NCBI GenBank assembly: GCA_964372465.1 | Contig: CAYJRA010000002.1 | Location: 16,024-80,023, forward strand | DNA length: 64,000 nt | From: an uncultured archaeon | GTDB taxonomy: Archaea; Aenigmatarchaeota; Aenigmatarchaeia; CG10238-14 | Direction of reading: 5' to 3' | Shown: positions 28,743 through 37,242 of the stretch, piece by piece | Layout of the letters: each line of letters opens with the position of its first letter | Position numbering within the stretch: position 1 is the first letter of the stretch | Translations under genes and position numbers: made by a program | Notes under the pieces: generated by a model | Database searches by the model: none | Told to the model about the DNA's origin: nothing | Seen by the model: only the letters and a program-made list of their open reading frames with translations

Positions 28743-29753
28743 ATGAAAATATTGAATTATTTTTTGATCTTATTTTTTAGTGTACATTACATCAATTTAG
28801 TTTTAGCTTATGAGGCAGACTTTCCTCATAACGATGGAATACCCGAAAATTTGATAAAAGTTAAAATAGAAAGCTTGTCAGAGGTTCAAAAACTAACTAT
28901 ATTATCTGCATTTGTTGGCGGTATATTGTTATTTTTTGCGCCATGCAGCATAGGTTTACTTCCAGCTTATTTTGCCTCTACATTCAAAAATAAAACAAAT
29001 CTTGTATTGATGACTTTAGCCTTTTTTATCGGTTTTGCATCATTCAATGCTTTCTTAGGTCTGGGAGCTTCTATATTGGGTAATTGGATATTAATATATC
29101 AACCAAAAATTGTCTTGTTATCCGGTTTGTTAATAATTGTGTTTGGTCTAATGTTAATTTTTGGAATCTCTTTTAGTTTATTTAACATGAAAAATAAAAT
29201 TGGAAACAGTTTTTTTGAAAACATTATTTTTGGTGCATTATTTTCATTTGGTTATGCCGGGTGTGCTGGGCCAATAGTATTTAGCATACTTACTTTAGCA
29301 TCTACTTTACCCATTATTTTAGCTGCCTTTTTGATGTTTGTTTATTCTCTTGGTATGTCTATACCGTTAATTATAATCTCCTTACTTTTTGATAAAATAA
29401 AGATTTTTGATAGGTCAATATTCAGAAAATCTATTGAATTTAAGTTATTTGAAAAAACAATATACACGAGTGTTACTAACATAATTGGTGGTCTTATTTT
29501 TGTGCTTTTGGGACTTGTGTATTTAGTTTATAATAGTACAGGTGTTTTTCATCAAATACCACTGAATATATCGCAACCTATTTATGATTTCGTTTATGAC
29601 AAACAAAAATTATTTGTTAACTTGTTTAGTTCTTCTTTTTATAATATAATAGGGATAAGTCTTATTGCCATAATATTTTTCTTTATTGTTAAAAGTATGT
29701 TGAATTCTAGTACAATATCAAAAAATAAAAGAGGCATAGATAAATTTAAATAA
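28743..29753 (+). CDS. CcdA/DsbD-family transmembrane thiol-disulfide electron transporter
   Basis: Polytopic. FAPCSIGLLPAY and GYAGCAGPIVF are the two conserved intramembrane Cys motifs. Confidence 0.75.
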   Translation: MKILNYFLILFFSVHYINLVLAYEADFPHNDGIPENLIKVKIESLSEVQKLTILSAFVGGILLFFAPCSIGLLPAYFASTFKNKTNLVLMTLAFFIGFASFNAFLGLGASILGNWILIYQPKIVLLSGLLIIVFGLMLIFGISFSLFNMKNKIGNSFFENIIFGALFSFGYAGCAGPIVFSILTLASTLPIILAAFLMFVYSLGMSIPLIIISLLFDKIKIFDRSIFRKSIEFKLFEKTIYTSVTNIIGGLIFVLLGLVYLVYNSTGVFHQIPLNISQPIYDFVYDKQKLFVNLFSSSFYNIIGISLIAIIFFFIVKSMLNSSTISKNKRGIDKFK

Positions 29754-29775
29754 CAAATTAGTAAACATAATAAAA

Positions 29776-30468
29776 GTGAATGCAATGAAAAAATACGAAT
29801 GCGGAGTATGTAAGAGAAAATTTGGTTCTGAAATAGCTTTGAATCAACACATGAACTCTAAACACGAAAAAAAATCTGAGATCAAGAAAACTAAAAAAGA
29901 AATTAAATTGAAATTTCCTAAGAAGATAGGCATATATATAACATTAGTTTCGGTTTTGCTGGTAGTTGGTTTTATTGTTTATAGAGGAATCAATTCATCC
30001 TCCGGAGCAGAAATAGGACAAATAGGTTCAACTCATATTCATGCTGATATAGGTATATTTTTAAATGGAAAACAAATGACACCTATACCACCACAATATT
30101 ATGTGAGAAGTCCATATGTACATTTTGAAGGCGGTCCCGGAGCTGGAACGGTGATACATATACATGCAACTGGAGTTCCTCTTAGCTTGTTATTTAAATC
30201 TCTGAGTGTAGATTTTGATTCAAAATGTTTTACTTCATATAGTGGACAAAAATATTGTAGCGATGATCAAAAAACTTTGAAAATGTTTGTAAAACATAAA
30301 GACGGAAACTGGACACAAAATTATGAAAACGAAAAATATGTGTTTGAAGATTTAGATAAAATTTTGATAACTTATGGCAATGAAAGCATGGAAGGCATTG
30401 AAAAACAAATGGATTCTGTGACAGATTATTCTAAAGACAATTCTGGTAGAAAAATGCCATTGAAATAA
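29776..30468 (+). CDS. C2H2 zinc-finger / TM / His-rich extracytoplasmic domain protein
   Basis: YECGVCKRKFGSEIALNQHMNSKH (C-x2-C-x12-H-x4-H), one TM helix, then STHIHADIGIF and GTVIHIHATG His motifs. Confidence 0.6.
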   Translation: MNAMKKYECGVCKRKFGSEIALNQHMNSKHEKKSEIKKTKKEIKLKFPKKIGIYITLVSVLLVVGFIVYRGINSSSGAEIGQIGSTHIHADIGIFLNGKQMTPIPPQYYVRSPYVHFEGGPGAGTVIHIHATGVPLSLLFKSLSVDFDSKCFTSYSGQKYCSDDQKTLKMFVKHKDGNWTQNYENEKYVFEDLDKILITYGNESMEGIEKQMDSVTDYSKDNSGRKMPLK

Positions 30469-30518
30469 AATTTAAATGAAAAGCAAAATGAACTATTAAC
30501 TAATAATGGCAGTTTAAT

Positions 30519-30767
30519 ATGGCCGCAATAGAATCAGAAATTGGTGTAAAATTAATTTATATATTAGGATTAAGCAACATAATAGGGCTATTATTGGTTT
30601 TCTTTTCATGCAGATGTCTAGTTGGAATTAATTTTGTCAAAAAAATGTGGAAATATCGATGGTATCAGAAATTTTATAATTACCATTGTTACTATTGGTG
30701 GTTTTTCTTTATTTCTGTATTGATGCATACTTTAATTGCATTTTTAGTTTTTGGCATTCCTTTTTAA
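30519..30767 (+). CDS. small membrane protein (2 TM, aromatic-rich loop)
   Basis: 82-aa ORF with two hydrophobic helices. No family recognised. Confidence 0.4.
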   Translation: MAAIESEIGVKLIYILGLSNIIGLLLVFFSCRCLVGINFVKKMWKYRWYQKFYNYHCYYWWFFFISVLMHTLIAFLVFGIPF

Positions 30768-31558
30768 GAAGCTAACCCCCTCAATAATAATCCTACCGTG
30801 TATGCTATAATTGCAGCTAATCCACCAACTAACAGGACTTCTAATCCACTTTTCCACCATTTTTTCTTTGTAATAAAAACCTTTATGGCGCCAACTGTGA
30901 ACAATGCTATCGCTGTTAGAAATATAGAAATCATAAAGGAGTAGCTCTTAATAGATGGAATAAAATATGATAGTGTATAAGTAAATAGTGGAGTAAAGCC
31001 AACAAGTACAAATGCTATAAAAGTAGCTAAAGCGCTTTTAAATGGAGATTTTTGTTGTGGTATTATATTTAATTCTTCCATCATCATTGTATCTACCCAA
31101 ACTTTTTTATTAGAAGTAATTATTTTAATAGTATCTTCTAGTTTTTGCCCCTCGAATCCTTTCTTTTTATATATGTTTCTTATTTCTTCAATCTCTCCTT
31201 CAGGTACATTTTGGATTTCCCATTCCTCACGTTTTCTTTCTTGTTGTTGATACTCTAATTCTGATTTGGTGCTAAGATAGTTTCCAATAGCCATCGAGAA
31301 TCCATCAGCAAACAGATTTCCTAGACCTAGTATCAACACGATTGATGGAGATAAAGAAGCACCCGCAACACCAGACACTACAGCAAATGTAGTAACTACA
31401 CCATCTATAGCACCATATACAAAATCTCCAATATGTTCTCCTCCAGGAGGTGAGTGTCCTTTTTCATTTATTAGATGTTTTTCATGAGCTTTTCTTGTTT
31501 CCTCTATATTTCTATTAGAAAATGCCTTTCTAGCGGATTCGATTCTTTTGTCCATCAT
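30764..31558 (-). CDS. VIT1/CCC1-family iron/manganese transporter
   Basis: GDFVYGAIDGVVTTFAVVSGVAGA and the GNLFADGFSMAIGNYLS signature. Central cytoplasmic acidic helix region. Confidence 0.85.
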   Translation of the reverse strand: MMDKRIESARKAFSNRNIEETRKAHEKHLINEKGHSPPGGEHIGDFVYGAIDGVVTTFAVVSGVAGASLSPSIVLILGLGNLFADGFSMAIGNYLSTKSELEYQQQERKREEWEIQNVPEGEIEEIRNIYKKKGFEGQKLEDTIKIITSNKKVWVDTMMMEELNIIPQQKSPFKSALATFIAFVLVGFTPLFTYTLSYFIPSIKSYSFMISIFLTAIALFTVGAIKVFITKKKWWKSGLEVLLVGGLAAIIAYTVGLLLRGLAS

Positions 31559-31570
31559 AATATTTTGTGG

Positions 31571-32686
31571 TTAATTGTTTATTAACATTGAGAGTTTATT
31601 TAAGGCATTTAGTTTATCTTTTTTTTCTAGTTTTGCACTTTGAATGATTTCTCTCAAAGAGGCGATAACATCATCATAATGATTTTTATTAATCTCATAT
31701 GGTATTTTATCTTTACCTCCTACACAAAATGAGAATTTTGCTGGATCTTTCCAGCTAGGTTTTGAGCCATAGATTAATTCAGAAATCAAAGCCAATGATC
31801 TTACAGTTTTTTCACCAACCCCATGGAGTGAAATTAATTCTTCATAGTTTTTAGGTTGAAATTCATAAATTTTTCTTAGAGTATTCCAACTTCTTTTTGA
31901 TATATCTATAGGAAGTATTTTATGATCTCTATGCATGTCAAGAACATCTATATTATTAAAGTCAAGAAATTGACCCAGCATTGTTTGATGGGATAATCTG
32001 AAATATTTACTCAAATGTTTCGGGTTGTCTTTAACTATATCCAAACTTATATCTCTTGTTTCTTTGCTCTCTTTAGCAACCATGTTCAACCCCTCAACTT
32101 TTATATCGCAACAAATTGCCTTATGGGGTTCTTCTACAAAAGAATTTACATTATTATGGATCCAGTGGTATCTACGTGCATATTTTATCTCACTGTTTAA
32201 CCCCTGTTGAATTACAACCCATTTACCGCCTTCTGTGACAACGAAAGAATGATGGTATAAAGAAAACCCAGATTGTATTAAGGAATTGTCGACTTTGGCT
32301 ACAATTTTGCTAGTATATTTTAATTTTTCTATTTTACTAGATGACAAAGAAAACTTATTTCCAATAATTTCCAATTCTTTTAATGTTTTTTTCGATGCAG
32401 TCCCCTTACCACCAGCTATAGCTATATTAGATTCTTTTGTGTTTAACACCAGTTTAAGAGCTCCCAAAGTAACGGTGGTGCATCCACTTGAGTGATGATC
32501 GTAACCCAATATACATGATAGAGCCTGAAACCAATAAGGATCGGATAGTCTCTTTAGAAGATTTTCATTCCCATATTCTGAAATTATTATATCTGATATT
32601 GGTTTAGCTAAATTAACCATTCTTTTAAATAACCATTTTGGTGTTGAGCCTGAATGAAGAGGCAAATTTGCTATTCCCAATTTCAA
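31571..32686 (-). CDS. DUF763-family protein with HhH motif
   Basis: N-terminus GIANLPLHSGSTPKWLFKRM is typical of DUF763. LHGVGEKTVRSLALISELIYG is an HhH. Confidence 0.65.
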   Translation of the reverse strand: MKLGIANLPLHSGSTPKWLFKRMVNLAKPISDIIISEYGNENLLKRLSDPYWFQALSCILGYDHHSSGCTTVTLGALKLVLNTKESNIAIAGGKGTASKKTLKELEIIGNKFSLSSSKIEKLKYTSKIVAKVDNSLIQSGFSLYHHSFVVTEGGKWVVIQQGLNSEIKYARRYHWIHNNVNSFVEEPHKAICCDIKVEGLNMVAKESKETRDISLDIVKDNPKHLSKYFRLSHQTMLGQFLDFNNIDVLDMHRDHKILPIDISKRSWNTLRKIYEFQPKNYEELISLHGVGEKTVRSLALISELIYGSKPSWKDPAKFSFCVGGKDKIPYEINKNHYDDVIASLREIIQSAKLEKKDKLNALNKLSMLINN

Positions 32687-32692
32687 ATTATT

Positions 32693-32833
32693 CTACCATT
32701 TGTTTGAGCTCAATATTGACTCCAATAAAATATTCATATTTTCAGTGTTCCCACATCTGAGACAAAGTAAGGTTTTAGTCATTCCATGTATGAATTTATA
32801 AAATCTATGTCCACTGCATGTTTTGCATTTCAT
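32693..32833 (-). CDS. small zinc-ribbon protein (46 aa), not in ORF track
   Basis: Hand translation MKCKTCSGHRFYKFIHGMTKTLLCLRCGNTENMNILLESILSSNKW*. GAGGTGA SD 6 nt upstream. Stop lies 6 nt before the DUF763 start. Confidence 0.5.
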   Translation of the reverse strand: MKCKTCSGHRFYKFIHGMTKTLLCLRCGNTENMNILLESILSSNKW

Positions 32834-33101
32834 ATAAATCACCTCTTATCTTCTATTAAAGAAAAACAAGTTATATCGTATTCGAAGGAGTACAGTTTCT
32901 TTGAATGTGAAAAAGAGAGTATATTATGACTTATTTTGATTAAAATAAGCTATAATATAATTCAAAAAAATATCTTTTGAATTTTTGTGATTTTAATCAC
33001 GAATTTAGATTATTTTAATTTTTAGAAACCAAATTCAGGATTCTATTATTTCTTAATGTGTAAACCCAGTTCTTTTAAATTCGTCTTGTTTAATAATAGT
33101 A

Positions 33102-33234
33102 ATGAAAAAATTCATAATGATAGCAGATGTCGTGATTAACAAAGATGGTAAAATATTAATCATAAAAGAGAAACTCTAGAAAAGAATTTGCTCCAAATAA
33201 GTGGGGTTTTTCTGGCGATAAAGACAAATTTTGA
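33102..33234 (+). pseudogene. remnant of a Nudix hydrolase N-terminus (stop plus frameshift, truncated)
   Basis: MKKFIMIADVVINKDGKILIIKEKL* then, in the +1 frame, KEFAPNKWGFSGDKDKF*. This resembles the start of the intact Nudix gene at 62935..63354 (VLAIVKNDNKFLLTKR...GKWGFVGE). Confidence 0.4.
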
Positions 33235-33266
33235 TAGATTCTTTTGAGTATTTTTCATCTCTTTAA

Positions 33267-33656
33267 TTAATTTTTTTCTTTCAAGTTATATTTGTATATT
33301 TTATACATTTCTTCAATTTTTTCATCATCTATATGTTTTCCAAAAGATTTATGCGGTAACAACCCACCGCCAAACGATTTAGGTATATGCATCAACTCAT
33401 GGATTAGAGTCTTATCCTGTTCTTCTTTACTTAACTTATCAAATTTATGTGATATAACTTCAATAACATAATGTGCCCTCATACTCAACGCTTTTTGCCA
33501 AATTTTAGGAAAACTCCATATACGTGCTAAAGCTCTAGATTTTGATCCATAACTTCTTATACAAAACACTCTTTCCATATCAACATGTTTTATTTGTAGA
33601 ACATCTACTAGACGATTTAATCTCTCTTTTATATCTAAAGCCGTTTCGAATTTCAT
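33267..33656 (-). CDS. small putative zinc metallopeptidase (HExxH)
   Basis: 129 aa, LIHELMHIPKSFGGGLLPH. Resembles the archaeal predicted-metallopeptidase family. Confidence 0.6.
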   Translation of the reverse strand: MKFETALDIKERLNRLVDVLQIKHVDMERVFCIRSYGSKSRALARIWSFPKIWQKALSMRAHYVIEVISHKFDKLSKEEQDKTLIHELMHIPKSFGGGLLPHKSFGKHIDDEKIEEMYKIYKYNLKEKN

Positions 33657-33694
33657 AGAATCAGTTAGTTTAATTTATTATATAAAGATTCATT

Positions 33695-34690
33695 CTAACT
33701 TCCCATATATTTTACAAATATAGTTTTTGCCTGGTCTTCACTTTTAACCCCTGATACTATAGATCTACCATTTTTATATAGTGAAATTTGCTTATCACCA
33801 CTTTTAAAATGGAGCAAATATTTGTTATAATAAACCTCTCCCGATTTTTTTAATCTGTCAGAAATGTTTTTGAAATTGTTAATTCTCGTATCAGTATTTA
33901 TCTGAAAAGAATTTTGTCCACACATTCGTGTTATTTTTGATCCAATAGTCCCATTTAAGAAAACGAAATTCTTTTTTACGCAAGTCTCACATTTTGGATT
34001 TTTATTTATATGCAATGACTCAAAAGTATCATTTAGCATATCCACTCTAAAAATTTTTTTTGGCGCCTTTCCTATAGAAAGTATTTTTAATGCTTCCCTT
34101 ATCTGTATAGATGCTATTATAGAAGGAAGAGAATTAGATATACCAGCACTTTCACATGTTTCTAAGTCTTCAGTTCTTGGTATTTCTCTAAAAACGCATC
34201 TAAAACAAATTTTCTCAGGCAAAATATTGAAACTAGCACCAACGCTTCCAATTACCCCGCCATATACCCACGGAATTTTGTTTTTAATGCAAATATCGTT
34301 AATAAGAAATCTACTCTCGAGATTATCAGTGCCGTCAACGACTAAGTCAATATCTTTTAACAGTTTCCAGGCATTTTTAAAATTAAAATCATCAACCATT
34401 GCATTAATTTTTACTTTTGGGTGAATGTGATGAATTCTCTTTTTAGCAGCTATAGCTTTCGGTACGCCTATATCGCTTTTTGTGTATAATATCTGATTTT
34501 CCAGATTTCTTAATTCTACAAAGTCTCTGTCTATTACAGTTAATTTTTTTATACCATTTTTAGCTAATAATTCAGCAGATCTACTTCCTAAAGCGCCAAC
34601 TCCTATTACAGCTACATGCTTTTTTGACAATTTATTATGACTGAATTTGATATTTTTTGTTCTTAATTTTGTTATGTTCATACCTTTCAT
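33695..34690 (-). CDS. ThiF/MoeB/HesA-family E1-like adenylyltransferase with about 90-aa C-terminal extension
   Basis: VAVIGVGALGSRSAELLAKNGIKKLTVIDRDFVELRNLENQ. CxxC pairs CFRC and CETC. Extra C-terminal domain ...ISLYKNGRSIVSGVKSEDQAKTIF. Confidence 0.85.
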   Translation of the reverse strand: MKGMNITKLRTKNIKFSHNKLSKKHVAVIGVGALGSRSAELLAKNGIKKLTVIDRDFVELRNLENQILYTKSDIGVPKAIAAKKRIHHIHPKVKINAMVDDFNFKNAWKLLKDIDLVVDGTDNLESRFLINDICIKNKIPWVYGGVIGSVGASFNILPEKICFRCVFREIPRTEDLETCESAGISNSLPSIIASIQIREALKILSIGKAPKKIFRVDMLNDTFESLHINKNPKCETCVKKNFVFLNGTIGSKITRMCGQNSFQINTDTRINNFKNISDRLKKSGEVYYNKYLLHFKSGDKQISLYKNGRSIVSGVKSEDQAKTIFVKYMGS

Positions 34691-34723
34691 AAGGAAATTA
34701 AAATGTTAATATTAAAAATCACT

Positions 34724-36082
34724 CTAAAAACCGTTATTAAGCTCTTCTTTAAATATACTAATTACCTTGTTCTTTATCCCACCTGGCATGGTTTTAGAAT
34801 TAAATACGCCAAAGAATTTTTTATACAATTCGTCTTCCCTCTCTTTAGCTTCATCTAAATATTTTTGTTTGAATAATTGAATAACGGGTCCAGTCTCACC
34901 TCTTTTATATGCCAAATAAAATGCAAATAACAATTCATCTCTATTTAATCCACTGTCGTCATAAGGTATGCCGTGCTTTGTGGTTCCATTGAACAACGAA
35001 AACATTCTTGCATATTTTTCGTTGAACAGGTTTTCTCTAAATCCAAGATTCTTTACATCTACGCCTATTGCTTTCAAGAACACAAAAATTCTTGCACATT
35101 TTGTACACATGTGGCACCATTGGTTTTCTGGGGATGGCGGATAATTATCAGGGAAACAAGAAAATTGAAACTGTCCAAGATTTTTATATCTATTGTGTAA
35201 TATTTTTATTACAGCCAACTCGTTTATAGGCTCCACTATACTAAAAACGCCTGTTTTATTGTTAGTTATTATTTTCATTAGATTGCTTAATTCGATTGTC
35301 CAGTCGCTAGTTTGGTCAAAAACCGGATATGATCTGTAGCCCTCGGAATTTATGTAGAAATCATTACAGCTTTTTTCATTACCAAAAATAACAAATTTTA
35401 TTTTGTTTGCATCCACTATGGGTAAAGAATGCATGGCATATTGTGTTAATTCGCTTCCATAACCCCATTCTGTATCAGGTTTGTTAAAATTCGTAGCATC
35501 ACATAGATCATAAAAGTTCGTGTTGACTCTTACGATGTTTTTATTAAGTTTTTTTGAAAAAACCTTTGAGTATCTTCTTTTTATTTTAGTTTCTATTGGG
35601 AGCGATGGCGTTTCAAAATATATTAAATCATTGTCTAGTCCTATTTCATCACATATTCCAAGAGTGACTAGGCTTTCCTTTCCAAATGTAAAGTTAATCA
35701 ATGCTTTTTCATCAGGTTCAAAATCACTCTCAGGTAATTTCATATTGTAATCCTCAAAATCAAACTCTAGATTTATGAATTTCATTAAGAACTGTGAGGT
35801 GGATATCTTATCGGCATCTGTCGAATAGGGTATATATTTTATCATCATTTGATAAACCCACGGCTTCATTAATGGCTCTGCTGTGTTGAATTTAATTTTA
35901 TTTTCATCAAAAATCATAGGAAGATGGAAGGTTCCTAAGAATGGTAAATTGTCCAATAAAAAATTTTTCATTCCATTTTTGTAGTTTTTCCAAGATGTAG
36001 TATTATATCTAATGAAATATTTTCTTCCCAGCACATTCGTGTGCATTCCGCTTCTTGTTAAATGTGATTTTACTTCTAACAT
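34724..36082 (-). CDS. QueC-like / PP-loop-superfamily protein with degenerate PP-loop and N- and C-terminal extensions (putative)
   Basis: Motifs follow the order and spacing of QueC: TFGKES (for SGGxDS), FGNEKSCND...YPVFDQ, SIVEPINEL, FSCF, then CHMCTKCARIF (C-x2-C-x2-C-x-R). Confidence 0.45.
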   Translation of the reverse strand: MLEVKSHLTRSGMHTNVLGRKYFIRYNTTSWKNYKNGMKNFLLDNLPFLGTFHLPMIFDENKIKFNTAEPLMKPWVYQMMIKYIPYSTDADKISTSQFLMKFINLEFDFEDYNMKLPESDFEPDEKALINFTFGKESLVTLGICDEIGLDNDLIYFETPSLPIETKIKRRYSKVFSKKLNKNIVRVNTNFYDLCDATNFNKPDTEWGYGSELTQYAMHSLPIVDANKIKFVIFGNEKSCNDFYINSEGYRSYPVFDQTSDWTIELSNLMKIITNNKTGVFSIVEPINELAVIKILHNRYKNLGQFQFSCFPDNYPPSPENQWCHMCTKCARIFVFLKAIGVDVKNLGFRENLFNEKYARMFSLFNGTTKHGIPYDDSGLNRDELLFAFYLAYKRGETGPVIQLFKQKYLDEAKEREDELYKKFFGVFNSKTMPGGIKNKVISIFKEELNNGF

Positions 36083-36164
36083 TTTTCTGAATTAAACAAT
36101 TTTATTATTAACATAACAAAATTAGTATTTTGTATATAAAAAATTATACAGTTTTTTTCTTTAT

Positions 36165-37211
36165 TTACACATATTTATTGCTAGTTGATAATGCGCTTGC
36201 CATGATTTTTGAGAGAACTTTTTTGAATGGTACACCATAAAGTTTGGTTATATTTCCTATTGCACAGTCACAAGTATCAGGACCCAATGCCGGATTGGTA
36301 TTACAGTCGATAAAGTAAATTCTTTTTTTATTATCCATCCTTATATCAAACTTTGCATAATCTGCCATTCCTAACAGATCAAAGGCCTTCTTAGATAATC
36401 TTGTAACCCTTCCACTATTTTTGAATTTTTCATAATAATATGAATCTTCTTCTAACCAAGTTGCATCGAAACTACAGAAATTATATTTTCTTTTTTTTGT
36501 TGATTTGAAAATTTTTTCGCCAATATATACACTATCCTTTCTTCCCTCTAGTACTATGGCTGATAATTCCCTACCATCGATAAATTCTTCAACAACTACT
36601 GGTGATTTATAAGTATTTATCAGATATCTCAATCTTTTTCTTAAATGCTTCTCATTCTCACTTATAGCGTCATTCGTAATGCCGACACCACCATGATAAT
36701 TATTAAGTTTTGTTATCACGGGATATTTGGTTCTTTTTGATATTGGCTCTTTCCAATTTTTGACTAACTGATATTTGGGGGTCGGTATATCATGTGCTAT
36801 CAATAATTCTTTAATTAAAACTTTGTTGCTCGATAAAGTAAATGTATACATGCCGCTTCCTGTATAAGGAATTTGAGCTAAATCCAATACTGCTGGTATG
36901 CATGTGCTCAATAATTCCGTTCCTCTCACAGTATCGACTAAGTTCAAAACCAAATCAGGTCTATCTTCTTGAATATTATTCATCAAAGTTTCGTCTCCGG
37001 GGTATAATTTTGCCTCGAATCCCATTTGTTTTAAAATTTTTTGAAGAACTTTTGCTCTCCCAAACACTTCTTCTTCAGATATGTATGCTTCTTCTGTTGG
37101 AAAATATTCTCTCTCTGCCTTGCTGTATGCTATACCAACCAGTTTTATATTACGTTTTTGAAGAATTTTCATTCCGTTTTTTAATGGAGGAGGATCAACA
37201 CTTTCAGTCAT
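36165..37211 (-). CDS. ATP-grasp ligase, D-Ala-D-Ala-ligase-like
   Basis: IKLVGIAYS...EEEV N-domain. KYPVITKLNNYHGGVGI, VVVEEFIDGRELS and YAKFDIRMDNKKRIYFIDCNTNPALGP. Met14 (37172) is an alternative start. Confidence 0.8.
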   Translation of the reverse strand: MTESVDPPPLKNGMKILQKRNIKLVGIAYSKAEREYFPTEEAYISEEEVFGRAKVLQKILKQMGFEAKLYPGDETLMNNIQEDRPDLVLNLVDTVRGTELLSTCIPAVLDLAQIPYTGSGMYTFTLSSNKVLIKELLIAHDIPTPKYQLVKNWKEPISKRTKYPVITKLNNYHGGVGITNDAISENEKHLRKRLRYLINTYKSPVVVEEFIDGRELSAIVLEGRKDSVYIGEKIFKSTKKRKYNFCSFDATWLEEDSYYYEKFKNSGRVTRLSKKAFDLLGMADYAKFDIRMDNKKRIYFIDCNTNPALGPDTCDCAIGNITKLYGVPFKKVLSKIMASALSTSNKYV

Positions 37212-37230
37212 TTTCTTTTAACACCGTTAG

Positions 37231-37242
37231 AACTCTCACTTT
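37231..37242 (+). repeat. 12-mer boundary repeat copy 1 (AACTCTCACTTT)
   Basis: Exact copy. Overlaps the ndk stop codon and lies 20 nt upstream of the ATP-grasp start. Confidence 0.9.
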
